A DNA stretch of 64,000 nucleotides from Gammaproteobacteria bacterium (GCA_965221955.1 CBDCTA010000029.1:544001-608000); one strand, 5' to 3'; positions 1 to 11,904 are shown, numbered from the stretch's first letter. Program-made: numbers and translations. Notes: generated by a model not told the origin, from the letters alone.

Positions 1-1111
<1,111 letters not shown>

Positions 1112-1144
1112 TACGCCGCTTCTTATTGAGTCAGTATAAGTAAT

Positions 1145-1471
1145 ATGTTTTTGATATCAGATGCAATGGCTGAAGGCGGATCAGGGCCTGCAGGTGGTGG
1201 AATTGAATTATTTGTCATGATCGGCATTTTCTTTGCCATTATGTATTTCATGATTATTCGTCCACAATCTAAGCGCCAAAAAGAACACCAAAAGCTTATT
1301 GGCTCACTTTCGAAAGGAGACGAAGTGGAAACAACAGGCGGTATGTTAGGGAAAATTACCAAAGTGGGAGACAATTCCCTGCAAATTGAAATCTCAGAAG
1401 GTGTAACAATCAAGTTACAAAAAAATTCAATCTCGAAAGTGTTGCCAAAAGGTTCGCTCAAACAAGATTGA
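1145..1471 (+). CDS. yajC: Preprotein translocase subunit YajC
   Basis: TM helix followed by IRPQxKRQKEH and GDEVxTxGG; tgt-yajC-secD synteny. Confidence 0.96.
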   Translation: MFLISDAMAEGGSGPAGGGIELFVMIGIFFAIMYFMIIRPQSKRQKEHQKLIGSLSKGDEVETTGGMLGKITKVGDNSLQIEISEGVTIKLQKNSISKVLPKGSLKQD

Positions 1472-1522
1472 ATATTTCATCACACAAGTAATTAATCATT
1501 TAGTAAGACAAAGTAAATAATT

Positions 1523-3391
1523 ATGGTTCCAATGAATCATTATCCGCTGTGGAAGTATCTGCTTATCATTATTATTGTAGCGGTAGCAGCTTTGTATGCC
1601 TTACCCAATTTGTATCCAAATGTCCCCGCAGTTCAAATTTCTCATGAGTCGGGAGAGCTAGCAGATACAACACTAGATGCCGTAAAAGAAGCACTCGCAA
1701 AAGATAACATTCAAATTCAAGGTGAAGACCAACAAGATGATCGTATTTTGTTGCGTTTTGAAAACACTGAACAACAACTTCAAGCTTCAGAGGCGATAAA
1801 AGATGCTTTGGATGGACAGCATGTCGTGGCATTAAATTTGGCGCCTGCCACACCAGCTTGGTTGAGGGCTTTAGGTGCTACCCCCATGAATCTTGGTTTA
1901 GATCTTCGTGGTGGCGTGCATTTTCTTTTGCAAGTCGACATGAAAGCCGCAAAAGAAAAAGCGATAAATAACTATGTTTCCTCATTCCGTACTACTTTGC
2001 GTGAAGCAGAACTGAGACGTTTTTCAGTATCGCAGAATAAAGGCGAGCTTACAGTTAAGTTTAGAGATATTGAAAGTAGGGATGCAGGCTTAAAAGCATT
2101 GCAAAAAGAATATACAGATGAGTTAGTGTTTGATGAAAGTGATCAAGGTGGAGACTATTTTGTCACAGCGAAAGTCAGTGAAGATGCATTAAGAGAATTA
2201 CAACGCTTAGCCATACAACAAAACATTCAAACCTTGCGTAATCGTGTGAATGAATTGGGTGTAGCGGAACCGGTTATTCAACAACAAGGTGCCGAGCGGA
2301 TAGTTGTGCAGTTGCCAGGTGTGCAAGATACTGCTCAAGCAAAAGAAATTTTAGGTGCTACGGCTACTATCGAATTTCGTTTAGTAGATGAGCAAAATGA
2401 TCCATTTGCTGCGGCTGAAACCGGTCGGGTTCCTGTAGGCTCAGTACTTTATTACGAGCGTGACAATAAAAACCCAATCCTCTTAAAACGCGAAGTCATG
2501 CTAACTGGTGATTCAATAATTGATGCCGTTTCTGGGTTTGATGAAACAGGAAGGCCTGCAGCCATTATCACTTTGGATGGCAAAGGAGCAAGTCGCTTTG
2601 CTGATGTTACAGGTGAAAACATCAAGAAGTTGATGGCGGTCGTGTTTATTGATAATAAAGTAGTTACTGTTGAAAAAGATGGTGAAAAAGTAAGAAAAAC
2701 CATTAAGACAGAAGAAGTAATTAATGTTGCCCGAATTCAAGAGCAGCTGAGTAAGCGTTTTCAAATTGAAGGTTTAGATTCAACCCATGAAGCATTAAAG
2801 CTTTCCTTGCTTTTGCGGGCAGGCGCGCTTGCGGCTCCAGTAGAAATAGTTGAAGAGCGAACAGTAGGTCCGAGTTTAGGTAAGCAGAATATTGAACTCG
2901 GTAAAAAATCAATTTTAATTGGTTTAGCTTTAGTGATGATTTTTATGCTGTTCTACTACCGCATGTTCGGGATTGCAGCAAACCTCGCGCTAGCCGCAAA
3001 TCTAGTTTTGATTATTGGCATTATGTCGTTAATACCCGGTGCAACGTTAACGCTTCCTGGTATTGCAGGGATTGTCCTCACGGTAGGTATGGCAGTGGAT
3101 GCCAACGTACTGATCTTTGAGCGTATACGCGAAGAGTTAAAAAATGGTAATTCCCCACAAGCGAGTATTCATGCCGGTTATGCTAAAGCACTTTCAACGA
3201 TTGCAGACGCGAACATTACCACCTTGATTGCTGCTGTGGTGTTATTTGTTTTTGGTACCGGACCAATCAAAGGTTTTGCGGTAACGCTATCAATTGGAAT
3301 TGTGTGTTCCATGTTCACTGCGATCATGGGAACACGCGCATTGGTAAATTGGTATTACGGTAGTAAAAAAACTCCATCATTGGCGATCTAA
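1523..3391 (+). CDS. secD: Protein translocase subunit SecD
   Basis: LGLDLRGG, RVNELGVAEP, GPSLG and GMAVDANVLIFERIREE motifs. Confidence 0.97.
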   Translation: MVPMNHYPLWKYLLIIIIVAVAALYALPNLYPNVPAVQISHESGELADTTLDAVKEALAKDNIQIQGEDQQDDRILLRFENTEQQLQASEAIKDALDGQHVVALNLAPATPAWLRALGATPMNLGLDLRGGVHFLLQVDMKAAKEKAINNYVSSFRTTLREAELRRFSVSQNKGELTVKFRDIESRDAGLKALQKEYTDELVFDESDQGGDYFVTAKVSEDALRELQRLAIQQNIQTLRNRVNELGVAEPVIQQQGAERIVVQLPGVQDTAQAKEILGATATIEFRLVDEQNDPFAAAETGRVPVGSVLYYERDNKNPILLKREVMLTGDSIIDAVSGFDETGRPAAIITLDGKGASRFADVTGENIKKLMAVVFIDNKVVTVEKDGEKVRKTIKTEEVINVARIQEQLSKRFQIEGLDSTHEALKLSLLLRAGALAAPVEIVEERTVGPSLGKQNIELGKKSILIGLALVMIFMLFYYRMFGIAANLALAANLVLIIGIMSLIPGATLTLPGIAGIVLTVGMAVDANVLIFERIREELKNGNSPQASIHAGYAKALSTIADANITTLIAAVVLFVFGTGPIKGFAVTLSIGIVCSMFTAIMGTRALVNWYYGSKKTPSLAI

Positions 3392-3407
3392 GTGAATTAA
3401 GAAATCT

Positions 3408-4346
3408 ATGCAACTTTTAAAGGACAACTTAAATATTGACTTCATGGGCAAGCGAAAGCTGGCCTTGGTTTTGTCTCTAATTTTAATTGTTGTTTCAATT
3501 ACTGCGATAGCAATGCGCGGGTTGAACTTAGGCATTGATTTTACTGGTGGAACACTGGTGGAAGTAGGTTATAAAGACTCTGTTGAGCTTGAGCCGGTTA
3601 GAAAAGCGTTAGCTAGCAGTGGTTTTGATGATGTGATCGTGCAACATTTTGGTACCGCTAAAGATGTACTAATTCGTTTGCCGGTTGCTGAAAAGGATGA
3701 AGACAAATCGGCTTTGAGTAATCGAGTGTTGGATGCTTTAGCGACTACCGGTTCGCCCGAGATGCGCCGTGTAGAATTTGTAGGACCGCAAGTGGGTGAT
3801 GAATTGCGGGATAAGGGTGGTTTAGCAATGTTATATGCATTAATAGGCATTCTTATTTACGTTGCATTGCGATTTGAGTGGCGTTTCTCACTAGGATCTG
3901 TGGCAGCCTTGGTCCATGATGTCATTTTAGTAGTTGGTTTCTTTGCGCTTACTCAAGTTGAATTTGATTTAACCGTGCTAGCAGCGTTATTAGCTGTAAT
4001 TGGTTATTCATTGAATGACACGATTGTGGTGTTTGATCGTATCCGTGAAAACTTTCGGCGTTTACGTAAAGCAACGTCTGAAGGTGTAATCAATACTTCT
4101 ATTAATCAGACTCTGTCCCGTACTTTGATGACATCGGTGACTACATTGTTAGTGCTTATCGCGCTATTTTTGTTTGGTGGCGAAGTCATTCATGCATTTT
4201 CCATTGCATTAATTGTAGGTGTAATTGTAGGTACCTATTCTTCTATTTATGTTGCAAGCTCATCACTGCTTGTATTAAATGTAAGTAAAGAAGATTTAAT
4301 GCAGCCGGAGGTGGAGAATGCCAACGAAGACGGCAGCCAGGTATAA
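3408..4346 (+). CDS. secF: Protein translocase subunit SecF
   Basis: GIDFTGG, VGPQVG and GYSLNDTIVVFDRIREN motifs. Confidence 0.97.
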   Translation: MQLLKDNLNIDFMGKRKLALVLSLILIVVSITAIAMRGLNLGIDFTGGTLVEVGYKDSVELEPVRKALASSGFDDVIVQHFGTAKDVLIRLPVAEKDEDKSALSNRVLDALATTGSPEMRRVEFVGPQVGDELRDKGGLAMLYALIGILIYVALRFEWRFSLGSVAALVHDVILVVGFFALTQVEFDLTVLAALLAVIGYSLNDTIVVFDRIRENFRRLRKATSEGVINTSINQTLSRTLMTSVTTLLVLIALFLFGGEVIHAFSIALIVGVIVGTYSSIYVASSSLLVLNVSKEDLMQPEVENANEDGSQV

Positions 4347-4347
4347 C

Positions 4348-4473
4348 AAAGAAGTCCTGATTTAAATTGATACTTCGTTAAAAATTATTCTCAATATCGT
4401 TCGTGTATGTATTAATACACGTCACTCATTTCGAAAATTTTTGTCTCGTCTCAAACTAAATCAAAACTTCTTT
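4348..4473 (+). repeat. ERIC-like/MITE-like palindromic element, copy R1 (126 bp)
   Basis: Terminal inverted repeats AAAGAAGTCCTGATTTA / TAAATCAAAACTTCTTT (15/17); central GTGTAT..ATACAC hairpin; fills the secF-suhB convergent gap and overlaps the suhB stop. Confidence 0.85.
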
Positions 4474-5260
4474 AGGTTTTGTTATTTAAGGTTTGTAAAA
4501 TCAAACGAAACAATTTCGTATTTGCTGCCACTATATTTCCTGTTTCTAGGTGTGAATGACCGCCTTGCGTGTCCCCCACTAATCCACCCGCTTCTTGCAC
4601 AATTAAACAGCCTGCCGCAACGTCCCAAGTGTTAAGGCCGTATTCCCAAAATCCATCAACACGTCCTGCAGCCACATAAGCAAGATCAAGTGCTGCGGAC
4701 CCGGCACGGCGTATTCCTGAAGTGTGCAACATCAATTCTTTGAGTGATGCTAAGTAACGGTCAATATTTTGATTTTCTCGAAATGGAAATCCAGTGGCGA
4801 GTAATGCGCCCTCAAAACTCGTTAATTTTGAAACTCTGATTTTACGATCATTTAATGAAGCGCCGTTACCGCGCCCTGCACAAAATAATTCATCTTTGAA
4901 GGGGTCATAAATTACTGCAACTTCTAGTCGATCTTTATGTTTCAGAGCAATTGAAACAGAATAGTGTGGAAAACCACGTAAAAAATTAGTTGTGCCATCA
5001 AGTGGGTCGATAATCCATTGGAATTCATCATTATTGCCACTGCAACGATTACCACTTTCCTCGGCGAGAATGCTGTGTTGTGGGTATGCGCGGTGAATAA
5101 CATTAATAATTTCTTGTTCCGCTTTGAAATCGACTTCGCTGACAAAGTCATTTTTTTCTTTCGTTTGAATAGATAAAGAATGCACGCGTGACATATTGCG
5201 GAAAATAATTTTTCCCGCTTCACGAGCGGCTTCAATTGCAATGTTCAGAGTAGCTTGCAT
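4472..5260 (-). CDS. suhB: Inositol monophosphatase / Nus factor SuhB (likely start MQATLNIA at 5260)
   Basis: WIIDPLDGTTNF, RRAGSAALDLAYVAAGRVDGFWE and WDVAAG motifs; divergent from trmJ. Confidence 0.96.
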   Translation of the reverse strand: MQATLNIAIEAAREAGKIIFRNMSRVHSLSIQTKEKNDFVSEVDFKAEQEIINVIHRAYPQHSILAEESGNRCSGNNDEFQWIIDPLDGTTNFLRGFPHYSVSIALKHKDRLEVAVIYDPFKDELFCAGRGNGASLNDRKIRVSKLTSFEGALLATGFPFRENQNIDRYLASLKELMLHTSGIRRAGSAALDLAYVAAGRVDGFWEYGLNTWDVAAGCLIVQEAGGLVGDTQGGHSHLETGNIVAANTKLFRLILQTLNNKT

Positions 5261-5322
5261 ATAAACAGATATTATGAAATTGATCGCGCAGCATAGCATT
5301 GGCAAGTAAATTGCGTATACAC

Positions 5323-5419
5323 TTATGTACATGGAAGTACTGTATGCCGGTTTTGCACGACTGCATGGATGCAGGAGATAGAACGAAGCAGGATGCTAGA
5401 GTCGAGGAGCAAAAACCGG
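5323..5419 (+). repeat. GGA-hairpin module B with module C (5358-5405) nested in its second loop
   Basis: TTATGTACATGGAAGTACTGTATGCCGGTTTTGCA-[48 bp]-GGAGCAAAAACCGG; uninterrupted 49 bp copies occur at 41732-41780 (+) and 15943-15991 (-). Confidence 0.85.
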
Positions 5420-5468
5420 CGTTTTAAAAAAAGTATCTCTTCTAGCTAATTAGTAGCTACCCATAGTC

Positions 5469-6215
5469 GTGAATAAACCATATAAAATTAAAATCGTCTT
5501 GGTCGAACCATCACACCCTGGAAATATTGGGGCAGCTGCACGTGCAGCTAAGACAATGTGCATTGAAAATTTGGTGTTAGTGAAGCCAGCAGAATTTCCT
5601 AGTGGCCAAGCGCGAGCGAGAGCAACAGGTGCTTTAGATGTGCTAGAGCGTGCTGAGATATGTGATACGTTAAGTGCAGCAATTGCAGATTGCACTTTTG
5701 TGGTAGGTGCGAGTGCACGTGTTCGTGGATTACAATGTCCTGACATTGCTCCTGATGCATTGGGTGATAAAGTATGGAAAGAAGTAGAGCAGGGGAATGT
5801 AGCAATTGTGTTTGGACGAGAGAGCAGTGGGTTATCAAATGAAGAATTAGATCAATGTCATTTCTTAACAACGATACCTGCAAACTGGGAGTTTAGTTCG
5901 CTCAATATTGCATCCGCTGTGCAAGTGATTTGTTATGAAATCTATAAGGCCTATCTAAATAAAAGTAATACTAAAAATGTTTCCGATATATCTGGTGATA
6001 CGGATGAATTAGCAACCGCTGAAGAAGTTGAACACCTATTGGTACACATGCAGCAAGTATTGCAAGAGATCGAGTTTTTTGATCCTAAACAACCTAAATT
6101 GTTAATGCGCCGCTTACGACAACTTTACTGTCGTGCACGATTGTCGCGTGTAGAAACAAATATCTTGCGCGGCATTCTCAGTGCAACTCAAAAATACAAG
6201 CGTAATGCAGACTAA
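5469..6215 (+). CDS. trmJ: tRNA (C32/U32) 2'-O-methyltransferase TrmJ
   Basis: IVLVEPSHPGNIGAAARA, FGRESSGLSNEEL and SSLNIASAVQV SPOUT motifs; lies upstream of iscR. Confidence 0.95.
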   Translation: MNKPYKIKIVLVEPSHPGNIGAAARAAKTMCIENLVLVKPAEFPSGQARARATGALDVLERAEICDTLSAAIADCTFVVGASARVRGLQCPDIAPDALGDKVWKEVEQGNVAIVFGRESSGLSNEELDQCHFLTTIPANWEFSSLNIASAVQVICYEIYKAYLNKSNTKNVSDISGDTDELATAEEVEHLLVHMQQVLQEIEFFDPKQPKLLMRRLRQLYCRARLSRVETNILRGILSATQKYKRNAD

Positions 6216-6302
6216 TTTCCATATTTTTATAAAGGTTATCAATCCTGGTTTTTAAGCTCCCTACCCATGGGGATAGTGAAGCGAACAAACCGCCTATCTA
6301 TA

Positions 6303-6327
6303 ATACCTGAGTAACTTACTGGGTTAT
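6303..6327. promoter_or_regulatory. Putative type-1 IscR operator (autoregulation)
   Basis: 25 bp imperfect palindrome ATACCTGAGTAACTTACTGGGTTAT upstream of iscR; similar to the site upstream of erpA. Confidence 0.7.
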
Positions 6328-6380
6328 TTGTTATACTTACAGTCTCGTAACTGAGCGGATTTTGATAAAGGCGGTACTGT

Positions 6381-6851
6381 ATGAAACTGAGCACAAAAGG
6401 GCGTTATGCTGTGACAGCGATGTTTGATATTGCATTGCACAATCAAACGGGTCCGGTTTCCTTGTCAGATATAGCTGATCGACAAGGTATTTCATTGTCG
6501 TATTTAGAGCAATTGTTTACACGTTTACGACAGCAAGGACTGGTGAAAAGTACACGAGGACCTGGTGGCGGCTATTCACTTGCCATCGATTCTGAACAAA
6601 TTGCGATTTCAGATGTAATTGATGCCGTTGATGAAAACGTCGATGCGACACGTTGCGGTGGTAAAGCCGATTGTCAAAACCATCAACGTTGTTTAACTCA
6701 TGATTTATGGGAAAACTTGAGTGGTGAAATCAGAAGCTATCTCTCAAACATTAGTCTAGCTCAAGCAGTGAGCGATTTAAGTGTTCGTAAAGTAGCGAGT
6801 CGTCAGGATCTGAGTAATAACCAACAAGTTCATCCTGTTGAGTTTAGTTAA
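6381..6851 (+). CDS. iscR: Fe-S cluster assembly regulator IscR
   Basis: [27 protein letters not shown] and three Cys plus THDLW. Confidence 0.97.
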   Translation: MKLSTKGRYAVTAMFDIALHNQTGPVSLSDIADRQGISLSYLEQLFTRLRQQGLVKSTRGPGGGYSLAIDSEQIAISDVIDAVDENVDATRCGGKADCQNHQRCLTHDLWENLSGEIRSYLSNISLAQAVSDLSVRKVASRQDLSNNQQVHPVEFS

Positions 6852-6890
6852 GGCGAGTTTAGTTAAAAAATTTATTGAAGGTAAAGCAAA

Positions 6891-8115
6891 GTGACAGATG
6901 TAAAACTACCCATCTATTTAGATTACAGTGCGACTACGCCAGTTGATGAGCGAGTGGCACAAGCGATGATGGATTGTTTAACCAAAGAAGGTAACTTCGG
7001 TAACCCCGCATCACGCAGTCATAGCTTTGGTTGGGATGCAGACAAGGCCGTTGAAGAAGCGCGAGCTAATGTTGCGGCACTCATTAATGCTAATCCTAAA
7101 GAAATTATTTGGACCAGTGGTGCAACAGAGTCTGATAATTTAGCCATTAAAGGTGCGGCGCATTTTTATCAAAAAAATGGTAAGCATTTAATCACCTGCA
7201 AAACCGAACATAAGGCAGTTTTAGATACTTGTCGTCAGCTTGAGCGAGAAGGATTTGAGGTTACCTATTTAGAGCCGCGTAATAATGGTTTGATTGATTT
7301 AGAAGATTTAAAAGCTGCAATTCGTGATGACACCATTTTGATTTCGATTATGCATGTGAATAATGAAATCGGAGTGATTCAGGATATTAAAGGCATTGGT
7401 GAAATCACACGCGAACGCAAAATTATTTTTCATGTGGATGCGGCGCAAAGTCCCTGGGAAAGTACCAGTTGATGTGGAAGAAATGAATGTAGATTTAATG
7501 AGCCTATCTGCACATAAAGTATATGGCCCTAAAGGTATTGGAGCTTTATATGTTCGCAGAAAACCACGTGTACGTATTGAAGCGCAGATTCATGGTGGTG
7601 GCCATGAGCGTGGTATGCGTTCTGGTACGTTGGCTACACATCAAATTGTAGGCATGGGCGAAGCATTTCGGATCGCTAAAGAAGAAATGGCTGCAGATAA
7701 CGAACGAATTTTAATGTTGCGCAATCGTTTATTAAATGGCCTTAAAGATATGGAAGAAATCTATATTAATGGTGACCTTGAACAGCGTATTCCGGGTAAC
7801 CTAAATGTTAGTTTTAACTTCGTCGAAGGTGAAAGTTTAATTATGGCGCTGAAAGATATTGCAGTGTCTTCCGGGTCTGCATGTACAAGTGCATCACTTG
7901 AGCCAAGTTATGTATTGCGCGCATTAGGACGAGATGACGAACTTGCACATAGCTCAATTCGCTTCACTATTGGTCGTTTTACAACGGTCGAAGAAGTGGA
8001 TTATGCGATTGAGTTAATTAGAAAAGCGGTGATTAAATTGCGCGATCTTTCACCTCTGTGGGATATGTATAAAGAAGGGATCGATCTTAAATCGATCGAG
8101 TGGGCCGCGCATTAA
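6891..8115 (+). CDS. iscS: Cysteine desulfurase IscS, split by a +1 frameshift at about 7452-7454
   Basis: ORF 6891-7472 gives the N-half (YLDYSATTP...HVDAAQS) and ORF 7396-8115 the C-half ([18 protein letters not shown]); removing one C from AGTCCCTGGGAAA restores DAAQSPGKVP. Confidence 0.93.
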
Positions 8116-8170
8116 TTATTTTGATTTTTGATTAGGAATAATAAGTAGGAAATATTAGGAGACGATAACC

Positions 8171-8590
8171 ATGGCATATAGTGACAAAGTACTAGATCAC
8201 TACGAAAATCCACGCAACGTAGGATCTTTTGAAAAAGATGATCCCAATGTGGGCACCGGTATGGTAGGTGCACCTGCATGTGGTGATGTGATGAAATTAC
8301 AAATTAAAGTAGGTAATGACGGCATAATTGAAGACGCTAAATTTAAAACCTACGGTTGTGGCTCTGCGATTGCTTCATCTAGCTTACTTACCGAATGGGT
8401 AAAAGGTAAAACGCTAGAACAAGCGAGTGAAATTAAAAATACCGATATCGCTGAAGAACTAGCACTTCCACCAGTTAAAATTCATTGTTCAGTTTTAGCA
8501 GAAGATGCAATCAAAGCTGCTATTACTGATCTTAAATCTAAAGCTGATGGCTCAGCAGAAGATAATCAACAACAGAAGAAAATTGCTTAA
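8171..8590 (+). CDS. iscU: Fe-S scaffold IscU
   Basis: GAPACGDVM, GCGSAIASSS and LPPVKIHCS motifs. Confidence 0.98.
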   Translation: MAYSDKVLDHYENPRNVGSFEKDDPNVGTGMVGAPACGDVMKLQIKVGNDGIIEDAKFKTYGCGSAIASSSLLTEWVKGKTLEQASEIKNTDIAEELALPPVKIHCSVLAEDAIKAAITDLKSKADGSAEDNQQQKKIA

Positions 8591-8599
8591 TCATTAGTT

Positions 8600-8923
8600 A
8601 TGTCTATCTCGCTAACTGAAAGTGCAGCTACACACGTAAAAAGTTATCTTGAAAAAAGAGGTAAAGGTGTTGGTGTGCGGTTAGGAGTGAAAACCACGGG
8701 CTGTTCTGGTATGGCATACACCATAGAATTTGCAGACCAAATTGAAGATGAAGATCAAGTTTTTGAAGACAAAGGCGTTAAGGTTATCGTTGACCCTAAA
8801 AGCATGGTCTATCTTGGCGGCACAGAACTCGATTTTACTCGTGAAGGATTGAATGAGGGCTTTAAGTTTACAAATCCAAACGAGAAAGAGAGATGCGGGT
8901 GTGGAGAAAGCTTCAGTGTGTGA
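8600..8923 (+). CDS. iscA: Fe-S assembly A-type carrier IscA
   Basis: GCSG and CGCGESF motifs; position in the isc operon. Confidence 0.97.
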   Translation: MSISLTESAATHVKSYLEKRGKGVGVRLGVKTTGCSGMAYTIEFADQIEDEDQVFEDKGVKVIVDPKSMVYLGGTELDFTREGLNEGFKFTNPNEKERCGCGESFSV

Positions 8924-9071
8924 GGAAACTTTGAATTATTCTGCCTTAGTTTAATTGTTATGGTCGTTAAAAAATAATCACAAATCGTTCATGTATATTT
9001 AATACACATCACTCATTTCGATATTTTTTGCCTCGTCTCAACCGCTTCACTAATAAATCAAAGTTCCTTCA
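8921..9071 (+). repeat. ERIC-like element, copy R2 (151 bp)
   Basis: TIRs TGAGGAAACTTTGAATTATT / AATAAATCAAAGTTCCTTCA (17/20); core very similar to R1; the left TIR contains the iscA TGA. Confidence 0.85.
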
Positions 9072-9123
9072 GCAAAACTAAATTTTTTAGATAAGTTAGA
9101 AACTTCTTTAAGACCCTAAATAA

Positions 9124-9666
9124 ATGAATATTGATCTTACTCGAAGCTATTTCGAGCTATTCGGTTTTGATGAAGATTATTCAATTGATCAAGAACAGTT
9201 AGCAGAGAAATATCGAGCCTTGCAAAGCGAATTGCATCCTGATCGCTTTGCAAACGCAAGCGATCAAGAGCGTCGTGTTTCGGTACAAAATACAGCATAT
9301 GTAAACGAGGCTTATGCAACATTAAAAAGTGATTTAAAACGTGCGCATTATTTACTGCAATTGAGTGATATTGAATTCAACGCGGATGCTGAAACATCAA
9401 GTGATGCAGAATTTTTAATGCAAACAATGGAATTGCATGAAAAAGTAGATGAAGCAAGTAGTGCAGAACAACCATTACAGGTGCTCGATAAATTGTCTAT
9501 ACAGTTGAAGCAAGATCAACAAAATCTTATAGAGCAATTTGCTAGTCAATTTAAGGTGGATGATATGCCTGCTGCAAAAGATACTGCTCTTAAACTACAG
9601 TTCTATGAACGCTTGACTAATCAAGTGCGTAAGCTACAAGAAAAAATAGAAGAAGAGTTGTTGTAA
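9124..9666 (+). CDS. hscB: Co-chaperone HscB
   Basis: J-domain HPD motif; RAHYLL; isc operon context. Confidence 0.96.
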   Translation: MNIDLTRSYFELFGFDEDYSIDQEQLAEKYRALQSELHPDRFANASDQERRVSVQNTAYVNEAYATLKSDLKRAHYLLQLSDIEFNADAETSSDAEFLMQTMELHEKVDEASSAEQPLQVLDKLSIQLKQDQQNLIEQFASQFKVDDMPAAKDTALKLQFYERLTNQVRKLQEKIEEELL

Positions 9667-11538
9667 ATGGCGCTTTTGCAAATATCAGAACCTGGTCAAT
9701 CAACAGCCCCACATGAGCATCGATTGGCAGCTGGAATTGATCTTGGTACGACAAATTCCTTGGTTGCAACGGTGCGCAGTGGTGTAGCCGAAACACTCGC
9801 AGATGAAAACGGCGAACACCTTTTGCCTTCAGTGGTGCGCTATATAAGTAACGATGAAATCGAGGTTGGAAAAGCCGCAATCTCACAGGCTGCGGTAGAC
9901 CCATTGAATACCTTGGCATCGGTTAAACGTATCATGGGGAGGTCGGTCAAAGATCTAGCTACATTAGAAGGCTATCTTCCCTATAAATTTAGTGATGATG
10001 TCAGCAATGTACCACGTATTGAAACGATTGCAGGGCCAGTTACACCAATTGAAGTTTCAGCTGAAATCTTAAAGACTTTGCGAGAACGTGCCGAAGCGAG
10101 CTTGGGCGGCGAGTTGAAAGGCATAGTGATTACCGTACCTGCCTATTTTGATGATGCGCAGCGCCAAGCCACTAAAGATGCAGCAACGCTAGCCGGTTTA
10201 AATGTATTTCGTTTGTTAAATGAGCCTACTGCCGCTGCGGTTGCATATGGGCTCGATCAAAAAGCAGAAGGCATCACTGCTATTTATGATTTGGGTGGTG
10301 GCACTTTTGATATTTCCATTTTAAAGCTCACCAAAGGTGTGTTTGAAGTACTTTCCACGGGTGGTGATACCGCTCTAGGTGGTGATGATTTTGACCGCGA
10401 GATTGCTGCTTGGGTTTTAACGCAAGCCAATCTTGATGCCAGTGATGATCATCAAATGATGCGGCGCTTGATGAAAGAGGCACGTCGCGTTAAAGAAGAG
10501 TTAAGTAATGAAGAAGAAGTGCTTATCAGTGTGAAGTTAAATTTAGAGGATAATTTCGAAACTATATTAACTCGCCAACAATTTGAAGAACTAATTGAAG
10601 CACATATTAATAAAACTATTGCTTGGTGTCGTAAAACTATTCGCGAAGCAGGTGTTGATGCTAGTGAAGTTCAGCATGTAGTGATGGTGGGTGGTTCAAC
10701 GCGTACACCTTTTGTGCGCGAAAAAGTTGCTGAGTTTTTTGGTAATCCACCGTTAATTGATATTGATCCTGATAAAGTCGTCGCGATTGGTGCAGCACTG
10801 CAGGCTGATAAACTTGCAGGTAATAATCCTGATGAAGATATGCTGTTGTTAGATGTTCTACCTTTGTCATTAGGCATTGAAACAATGGGAGAATTGGTTG
10901 AAAAAATTATCGAGCGTAATACTGTTATTCCAGTTACCCGGGCACAAAAATTTACGACTTTTAAAGATGGGCAAACGGCAATGCGTATACACGTATTGCA
11001 GGGTGAGCGCGAAAAAGTTTCAGACTGTCGCTCGCTTGCGACGTTTGATTTAACCGGTATTCCACCTATGGTAGCAGGTGCAGCTCATATTCAAGTTACT
11101 TTCCAAGTGGATGCCGACGGCCTTCTTAGTGTTAGCGCAGAGGAACTAAGCAGTGGAGTGCGCGCAAGTGTTGAAGTGAAACCTTCGTATGGTCTTAGTG
11201 ATACCGAAATTGAGACAATGTTAAAAGCTTCTTTTGAGCATGCAGAAGAGGATATGCGAATAAGAATGCTTGCTGAGCAACAAGTAGAGGCAGATCGAGT
11301 TTTAGAAGCATTACGATCCGCTTTAGCGAAAGATGGCTCATTATTAACCGAAGAAGAGTCCGCTAAAATACAGCGAGCTAAAAGTGTTTTATTGCAAGCA
11401 CGTAATGGTAATGACGAAGAGAAAATTAAACAAGCGATTAAAGCGCTTGAAAGTGACAGCGAAGAATTTATTGCACGACGTATGAATCGTAGTGTGCAGC
11501 AAGTGATGAAAGGTCACAAGCTCGAAGAATTTGAATAA
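9667..11538 (+). CDS. hscA: Fe-S chaperone HscA
   Basis: [11 protein letters not shown]-terminus, GIDLGTTNS and DLGGGTFD Hsp70 motifs. Confidence 0.97.
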   Translation: MALLQISEPGQSTAPHEHRLAAGIDLGTTNSLVATVRSGVAETLADENGEHLLPSVVRYISNDEIEVGKAAISQAAVDPLNTLASVKRIMGRSVKDLATLEGYLPYKFSDDVSNVPRIETIAGPVTPIEVSAEILKTLRERAEASLGGELKGIVITVPAYFDDAQRQATKDAATLAGLNVFRLLNEPTAAAVAYGLDQKAEGITAIYDLGGGTFDISILKLTKGVFEVLSTGGDTALGGDDFDREIAAWVLTQANLDASDDHQMMRRLMKEARRVKEELSNEEEVLISVKLNLEDNFETILTRQQFEELIEAHINKTIAWCRKTIREAGVDASEVQHVVMVGGSTRTPFVREKVAEFFGNPPLIDIDPDKVVAIGAALQADKLAGNNPDEDMLLLDVLPLSLGIETMGELVEKIIERNTVIPVTRAQKFTTFKDGQTAMRIHVLQGEREKVSDCRSLATFDLTGIPPMVAGAAHIQVTFQVDADGLLSVSAEELSSGVRASVEVKPSYGLSDTEIETMLKASFEHAEEDMRIRMLAEQQVEADRVLEALRSALAKDGSLLTEEESAKIQRAKSVLLQARNGNDEEKIKQAIKALESDSEEFIARRMNRSVQQVMKGHKLEEFE

Positions 11539-11565
11539 CAAGCATTGGTACAAAGGAATTAAGCG

Positions 11566-11904
11566 GTGCCTAAAATTACATTTAAACCTCATGAAGAAAT
11601 TTGCCCAGAAGGCAAAGTGATCGAGGTAGAATCTGGTATCAGTATTTGTGATGCGGCTTTAAGTAATAAGATTGAAATAGAACATGCATGTGAGAAGTCG
11701 TGTGCGTGTACAACCTGTCATGTCTATGTGCGTGAAGGGTTAGATTCCTTAGCTGAGGCTGAAGAAAATGAGGAGGATTATCTTGATAAGGCTTGGGGTT
11801 TGGAGCCCGATTCTCGTTTGAGTTGTCAGGCGATTGTGGGTGAAGAAGATTTGGTGATTGAAATTCCAAAGTACACTATCAATATGGTTTCCGAAAACCA
11901 CTGA
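11566..11904 (+). CDS. fdx: ISC 2Fe-2S ferredoxin
   Basis: EHACEKSCACTTCH and SRLSCQ motifs. Confidence 0.97.
   Translation: MPKITFKPHEEICPEGKVIEVESGISICDAALSNKIEIEHACEKSCACTTCHVYVREGLDSLAEAEENEEDYLDKAWGLEPDSRLSCQAIVGEEDLVIEIPKYTINMVSENH

Noticed and set aside
4441-4635. 64 aa plus-strand ORF, and similar ORFs crossing repeats (11749-11958, 41602-41790)
   Set aside because: They are shadow frames overlapping real genes or the palindromic elements and have no protein-like features.
5261-5332. N-terminal extension of SuhB given by the ORF track
   Set aside because: Its ATG lies inside module B; SuhB similarity starts at MQATLNIA (5260).
6840-6866. 12 bp direct repeat GAGTTTAGTTAA twice at the iscR stop
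   Set aside because: It is a single short local duplication with 3 bp between copies; there is no evidence of function or of an inserted element.
7396-7472. iscS as a genuine two-gene split
   Set aside because: The overlapping termini are out-of-frame nonsense and one base deletion restores the canonical protein.
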